Position numbers and translations under genes: made by a program. The notes below the pieces were generated by a model that was not told the origin of the DNA, ran no database searches, and saw nothing but the letters and a program-made list of their open reading frames with translations. A DNA stretch of 64,000 bases from Candidatus Geocrenenecus huangii (GTDB taxonomy: Archaea > Thermoproteota > Nitrososphaeria_A > Caldarchaeales > Wolframiiraptoraceae): assembly GCA_023254095.1 (NCBI GenBank), contig JALNLM010000003.1:32001-96000 (forward strand), written 5' to 3'. Within the stretch, counting starts at the first letter, position 1, and each line of letters begins with the position of its first letter. Below are positions 59,218-64,000 of the stretch, piece after piece.

Positions 59218-60639
59218 TTATATCTTCTCAATCTTTGAATAAGATTCTACATGTATTTCAGGCTCATTGAACAGATTTAACTTCACTGTTATCCATTTTA
59301 GCCTAATCTTTTCTCCTTCGGGAATCTGAGCTATTTCCTGAGCTTTGGAACGCCATGCTACACCTCGTATAGCCGTGTCTTCATCTTTAAGCCAGAACAG
59401 TATCTTCTCTGCAGCACCATATCTCGTTTCAACTTTTACAATGTTTGTCTTGGTGTACAATGTTCCCTCAATGGTTACGTCTTCTAATACGTCCGGCTTC
59501 TCTTCAATTATTTTCCTCAGGCTGGTTATCCTATTAGGTATCGGGATCTCCACGCCTGGACTCTCAATCTTCTTTATCATCTCCTTTTCTAAAGTTATCC
59601 TTCCAAGAGTCTTCTTTTCATCGGTTAATCCGTATACTTCTATGTATTCTCCAGGCTTCAAGTCTAATCCTCCACGATATGTTAACTGTATTATCTTTCT
59701 TCCGTCCGTGGCTATTATTATGCTGTAGCTTGGCTGAGTTTTCACGTCGATTATTCTTAGAATCTTCTTTCCGCTCTGCTCATCCATGATTTCTTTAACC
59801 TTATCCAAGTCCACCTTATTCACCATTGCTAGGCTACTCCTAGAAGTTAGAGAGAATCTACCATCTTGGAATTTAACGTCGGTAATGAACACCTCTACTC
59901 CTGGAGAAAGATTCCTGAATTGCTCAATCATATCTCTCCATACATTAAGCTTTGCTAGGATAGACCCATCAGAAAGAGTTAATTCGATAACTGATGCTTC
60001 CCCATATCTTGTAGCTACTTTCTTCTCTTCACTTATTGAGATAAGGTATCCTCTCATATCGTATACTCCCTCACCTTCCATTATTACCTGGCTTAGAGTC
60101 CTATAGAAGAGGTGAGGATCCGGCTGGGCTGGGTCAGTAGGCAGCTTCTTGATAGTACTGTTTTTACCTACATGGATTTCGACTGTTCCCGTCTCGATCT
60201 TCTCTTTCGTATATGCATTCATAACCGCTATACTATCACCAATCTTTACTGAAAGACTAGTTAATTCATCTATCTTCTCGTTCCACGCATATACTTCAGC
60301 TACCCCTGTCTTATCCCCTATCTTTAATCGGAGTATCCTATGTTCTCCAGCGATTTTGGGTCCTATGACCGCATACACTACTCCTCTAACGTTTACACTG
60401 TTGAGTCCTGGAACTAGGTCTCCAATCATCGTATAAGCTAATTCTTCCATTAAATCCTCTGGAACTTCCTTCGATTCTAGGACTTTTAGTTCTTCAGCTA
60501 CTAGCAGTATCGCACCAACTTTATTCAAGTAGGGATGAGTCTTGACTTTCTCATTTACAAGTGCCTCTAATTCATCGATAGTTAAGCCTGGAACTGCTTT
60601 GAGGATCCTCGCCATCAACCGCCTATACTCTTCTTCCAT
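59218..60639 (-). CDS. rpa: Replication protein A-like multi-OB-fold ssDNA-binding protein
   Basis: Helical N-domain (GAILLVAEEL) and repeated OB folds (IGDL.PG...V.V.G, GDKTG....AW, DEDTAIRGVAW, EIHV). Confidence 0.82.
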   Translation of the reverse strand: MEEEYRRLMARILKAVPGLTIDELEALVNEKVKTHPYLNKVGAILLVAEELKVLESKEVPEDLMEELAYTMIGDLVPGLNSVNVRGVVYAVIGPKIAGEHRILRLKIGDKTGVAEVYAWNEKIDELTSLSVKIGDSIAVMNAYTKEKIETGTVEIHVGKNSTIKKLPTDPAQPDPHLFYRTLSQVIMEGEGVYDMRGYLISISEEKKVATRYGEASVIELTLSDGSILAKLNVWRDMIEQFRNLSPGVEVFITDVKFQDGRFSLTSRSSLAMVNKVDLDKVKEIMDEQSGKKILRIIDVKTQPSYSIIIATDGRKIIQLTYRGGLDLKPGEYIEVYGLTDEKKTLGRITLEKEMIKKIESPGVEIPIPNRITSLRKIIEEKPDVLEDVTIEGTLYTKTNIVKVETRYGAAEKILFWLKDEDTAIRGVAWRSKAQEIAQIPEGEKIRLKWITVKLNLFNEPEIHVESYSKIEKI

Positions 60640-60725
60640 GATACCTATCTATATGATCGTCAATAGAGACTAAAAGAGTTTTGTCTTTCACTCTCCTGTA
60701 TTCCAAGATTATCAATTTCATTTCA

Positions 60726-61292
60726 TTAAGGTTTCATAGTCCATTCTTTCTCCTTGTACCCTTTCTCCAAGTTGATGTATCTAGCCAGTAGGAATAGTAG
60801 TGTTGAGATCCTATTTACGTAAGCCAAGACTTCTGGCTGAATAGATTCTCTTCTTGATAGAGTTGTTAATCTACGTTCTATTCTTCTAGCTATTGACCTT
60901 GAAACATGTAGTATCGCAGCAGATTCGTGGCCCCCTGGAAATATAAATCTTCTAAGAGTAGGTAGTTTAGCTTCGTACTCCATGACCCAGGCCTCTAAGC
61001 TTTCTAGAGACCTCTTGACCATCTCGCGTATAATCGGGTCTTCATGCTGTAATTGGATCCGGTAACCTATAATGAACAAGTGTTCTTGAAGTGTTTCTAA
61101 GATCATGCAAATATTTTCTTCTTCAATAATCGATCTCGCCAACCCTATGAAGGATGAGAGCTCGTCGAGGCCGCCGATGACTTCAAGTCGAAGATCATCT
61201 TTCCAGACTTTCTCACCAGATAGGAGGTACGTTTCACCCTTGTCTCCTCTGCCATACTTCGTCATATCGCTCATCTGAATTTTTATTATCAT
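60726..61292 (-). CDS. pduO: ATP:cob(I)alamin adenosyltransferase, PduO type
   Basis: GDKGET.L..G..V.KDD.R, G.LDELSSFIG, FIFPGG, RSIARRIER, YVNRIS. Confidence 0.88.
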   Translation of the reverse strand: MIIKIQMSDMTKYGRGDKGETYLLSGEKVWKDDLRLEVIGGLDELSSFIGLARSIIEEENICMILETLQEHLFIIGYRIQLQHEDPIIREMVKRSLESLEAWVMEYEAKLPTLRRFIFPGGHESAAILHVSRSIARRIERRLTTLSRRESIQPEVLAYVNRISTLLFLLARYINLEKGYKEKEWTMKP

Positions 61293-61324
61293 GGTCTGAT
61301 TTCAATCTTTACATAACCTGCTTT

Positions 61325-63466
61325 CTACTCGCTTGAAATTAGCTGTATCATCTGGAGAGGGTGTCTGCTCGGCAGAGTTGAGAGATGCTGGAATTGAAAA
61401 AGACACGCGCTACATTCTGTTACGATGAATTCTCCACCTAGTTTCTCGTACTCTCCTACTAGATATCTACCAATCTCTACACTGATATCATATCCATGCC
61501 CATCCTTCTTCATCCCCCACGTCCCAGCAAGACCACAGCACCCAATCCTCTTGAAGTAGACCTTCGCGCCTAGTGCTTCGAGAAACTCCTTTACAACTAT
61601 GCTCCCATCTCTAGTCTTAGAATGGCATGGTAGATGATACGTGACATATAACCCTTCTAGATTTTTTAATACTCTTGTAACTTCTCTCCAACCTATCATT
61701 TTTAAGAACTCGAAATATCCGTAGCTGTTCTCAGCTACTTTTCTAGATTTTTCACCATGTAAAAGTTTAGGATAATAGTTTGTTAAACATTCTTGCGCTG
61801 TAGGTTCTAAGGATACAACTTTATAGCCTTTGTCGATCAAATCGTATAGATTCTCTACGTTGTATTGAGCTATTTCTCTAGCTTCATCTAGGAATCCATA
61901 TTGGATGAGGGGCATCCCGCTACTCTTCAGGGAGGGTATTATGACTCTGTATCCTAGAGCTGACAAGATCTTAGCTGCTTTAATAGCCCAATCTGGATAT
62001 ACATAATATATTAATGCTTCTGTGAATAATGCTATGCTGCCTTTCTCGGCTGAACCTATCTCTGTGAAGATCTCTCCTAGATTCTTCTCGGCAAGCCTAG
62101 GTAGAGGTCTCCTAGAATCTATTCCTATAAACTTCTCTATTGATTTTCTGACAAAACTAGAGTTTAACAATTTACTTGATAAGCTCGGAGCCCTACTTGC
62201 TAAAGTAATCAATGATTCATATTTTTTCAAAGACTTGTTTATAGATGGGTAGCCGTACTTCTTACCGTACCTTTCTTTTACTATGGAGTTCAGGTAGGGA
62301 AGGTCTATGTCTAGCGGGCAGGCTTCTCTACATAGTCCACATGTATTGCACAATTGAGCAAAAACTGTCTTGTCTAAGCCGTGAGCTATCATCGTCCAAG
62401 CTATCCCCATCGGTCCACTGTATATATATCCGAAGACGTGGCCTCCGACAATATTGTAGGGTGGGCAGACCTGAAGGCATGAAGCGCATCTAATGCAGTA
62501 TAGTATTTCTTTAATTTCTTTATCTTGTCTAGCTTGAAGTCTACCATTATCTATCAGTATGTAGATTGTTTTGCGAGGTGCAGCTGCGTCGTCTCTAGGG
62601 TAAGTATTCATCATCGGGATATGGAATGATACGTATGAGCTTAATCTCTGTCCAGTAGCGTTTCTAGGCAAGATCTTCAAAATCTTCAATACGTCCGTAG
62701 TTGAGGATACAATCTTCTCTACACCTGCTATAACTACATGGATTGGAGCGAAGGCTAATGCCAGTCTATCGTTTCCTTCATTCGTCACTAGAACCGTGGC
62801 ACCGTTCTCTGCAATGATAAAGTTTGCTCCAGTAACAGCCATCCCAGCCTTCTGATACTTCTCTCTAAATTCTCTTCTTACCTCTAAGACTATTTGATGA
62901 GGATCTGGGGGAACTGTTCTACCATAGTATCTCGAGAATACTTCTGCTACTTCATTCCTAGTCATGTGGAAGGCGGGGCCAAGTATATGTGAAGGCCTCT
63001 GACCTGCAAGCTGGACTATTCTCTCCCCTAAGTCTGTCTCGATCACTTCTACACCTTCCGATTCTAGAAGCCTGTTTAACTCTATCTCCTCGGTTGTAAG
63101 AGATTTAGATTTTACTACAAGCTTAACATTGTGCTCTTTGCATAGTTTTAGAACCATTCTTGAAGCTTCTAACCCATCTTTAGCGATTTTTAGCTCAGCA
63201 CCTCTACTCTCTAAAGCTCTTCTCAGCTTTTCAATATTCTCTTCCAATTTCTCTACAGCCTCTTCTTTAATCTTTCTAGCTTCTCTTAGTATATCGTCGC
63301 TTATCTCATGTAATACTTTCTCCTTTCTCTCTCTAATCCTAAGATTATTTCTTAACATAGGCCAATTATCTTTGAAGATAGAGATCTTCACTAAAACATC
63401 CTCAGGCAATGCTCTTTTATCATTTTTCCCCATTTCCCGGATCTGTAAAGCAATCAAACTGCACAT
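61325..63466 (-). CDS. lutB: LutB/LldF-type LUD plus 2x[4Fe-4S] protein fused to CCG domains (start may be ATG 63433)
   Basis: KSKSLTTEEI, ETDLGE, PSHI..PA.H, NEGN, CIRCASCLQVCP, CNTCGLCREACP, then YHLPCH and GCCGLAG. Confidence 0.85.
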   Translation of the reverse strand: MCSLIALQIREMGKNDKRALPEDVLVKISIFKDNWPMLRNNLRIRERKEKVLHEISDDILREARKIKEEAVEKLEENIEKLRRALESRGAELKIAKDGLEASRMVLKLCKEHNVKLVVKSKSLTTEEIELNRLLESEGVEVIETDLGERIVQLAGQRPSHILGPAFHMTRNEVAEVFSRYYGRTVPPDPHQIVLEVRREFREKYQKAGMAVTGANFIIAENGATVLVTNEGNDRLALAFAPIHVVIAGVEKIVSSTTDVLKILKILPRNATGQRLSSYVSFHIPMMNTYPRDDAAAPRKTIYILIDNGRLQARQDKEIKEILYCIRCASCLQVCPPYNIVGGHVFGYIYSGPMGIAWTMIAHGLDKTVFAQLCNTCGLCREACPLDIDLPYLNSIVKERYGKKYGYPSINKSLKKYESLITLASRAPSLSSKLLNSSFVRKSIEKFIGIDSRRPLPRLAEKNLGEIFTEIGSAEKGSIALFTEALIYYVYPDWAIKAAKILSALGYRVIIPSLKSSGMPLIQYGFLDEAREIAQYNVENLYDLIDKGYKVVSLEPTAQECLTNYYPKLLHGEKSRKVAENSYGYFEFLKMIGWREVTRVLKNLEGLYVTYHLPCHSKTRDGSIVVKEFLEALGAKVYFKRIGCCGLAGTWGMKKDGHGYDISVEIGRYLVGEYEKLGGEFIVTECSACLFQFQHLSTLPSRHPLQMIQLISSE

Positions 63467-63714
63467 ATATAAATTATCCTGATATGTCGCAAATCTTACT
63501 CAAACAGTATTAATTAAATACAAGACAAGATTCTAAGATGTTTGAAGGCATTCTTGATGATTTGGAACACATAATTTCTTAGAGTTTACGATTATTTATT
63601 AACTTCTCGAGACATCAAATTACAGATCTGCTCAATTTCCACCATTATCAATACGTAAGAAGGAGGCAGTAATGTTCCGGGAATATTTATATAATAGATA
63701 AAAGATAGTAGTTC

Positions 63715-64000
63715 ATGAAATACTACAATAAATTCTTCTCAGCGTTGATAGTATTGATATTGGGAGTATTAGTCTTGGAAAATGCTATAGCTGCTTTTCC
63801 CACTCCTTCACAATCTGATATATCAAGTTTAACGGAGGGGTGGGTGAAAGTTGTCTCAGGAGGTTTTAACGATACAAATAATGTGGGTATAACCAATTTC
63901 GTCGATTTTAAAGGATACCGATACATAGGTGTAATTAACTCTGAAAAAGGTGGAGAAATATGGAGGACTCAGGATGGTGATAACTGGGAGAAGATAGGCC
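63715..64000 (+). CDS. Exported protein, probably a beta-propeller; 5' part only
   Basis: Not in the ORF track. Manual translation: MKYYNKFFSALIVLILGVLVLENAIAAFPTP...GWVKVVSGGFNDTNN...GGEIWRTQDGDNWEKIG, i.e. a signal peptide and an Asp-box-like motif. Confidence 0.7.
   Translation, partial: MKYYNKFFSALIVLILGVLVLENAIAAFPTPSQSDISSLTEGWVKVVSGGFNDTNNVGITNFVDFKGYRYIGVINSEKGGEIWRTQDGDNWEKIG

Noticed and set aside
359-63926. Many antisense or overlapping ORFs in the track (e.g. 359-787, 17141-17692, 17765-18415, 46887-47375, 63723-63926)
   Set aside because: They are Ser/Ile/Phe/Leu-rich mirrors of well-supported genes on the opposite strand and carry no motifs.
1-64000. tRNA, rRNA, SRP RNA, CRISPR array, transposase or integrase
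   Set aside because: I saw no GC-rich cloverleaf or T-loop signature, no regularly spaced repeats and no recombinase motifs. A covariance-model scan would be needed to be certain.
1-64000. TAG recoding (pyrrolysine or alternative code) suggested by frequent CTAG
   Set aside because: Conserved genes end at TAG at their expected lengths (e.g. cimA, gdhA, gnd), and none needs read-through.

Overview
64 kb of a gene-dense, AT-rich archaeal chromosome. PolB1, a short ERCC4-type XPF, an RPC34-like protein beside TFB and Gar1, SMC-ScpAB, a multi-OB RPA and a ThermoDBP-related protein together suggest a thermophilic TACK lineage such as Caldarchaeales/Aigarchaeota (inference only). The left half is core housekeeping: the exosome-proteasome superoperon (interrupted by an oppositely oriented citramalate synthase), an ECF module, uppS, smc-scpAB, rps8e-srp19-gar1-tfb, RNA methyltransferases and polB1. 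The right half is more accessory: two divergent DUF72 proteins, ThermoDBP-RP, radical SAM enzymes, a dCTP-deaminase variant coupled to an HhH-GPD protein, a PLD nuclease, htrA, gnd, a membrane-anchored wHTH regulator, an ABC/COG1361 operon, gdh, rpa, pduO and a LutB-CCG fusion. I saw no tRNA, rRNA, CRISPR array or transposase. Best leads: (1) a shared promoter motif linking htrA and the ABC/COG1361 operon, which flank a membrane-spanning wHTH regulator (candidate archaeal envelope-stress regulon); (2) a dcd homolog with an altered sugar pocket coupled to a glycosylase-like gene; (3) cimA with no canonical start codon; (4) apparent CTAG over-representation. Family calls come from motif recognition by eye, not database searches.
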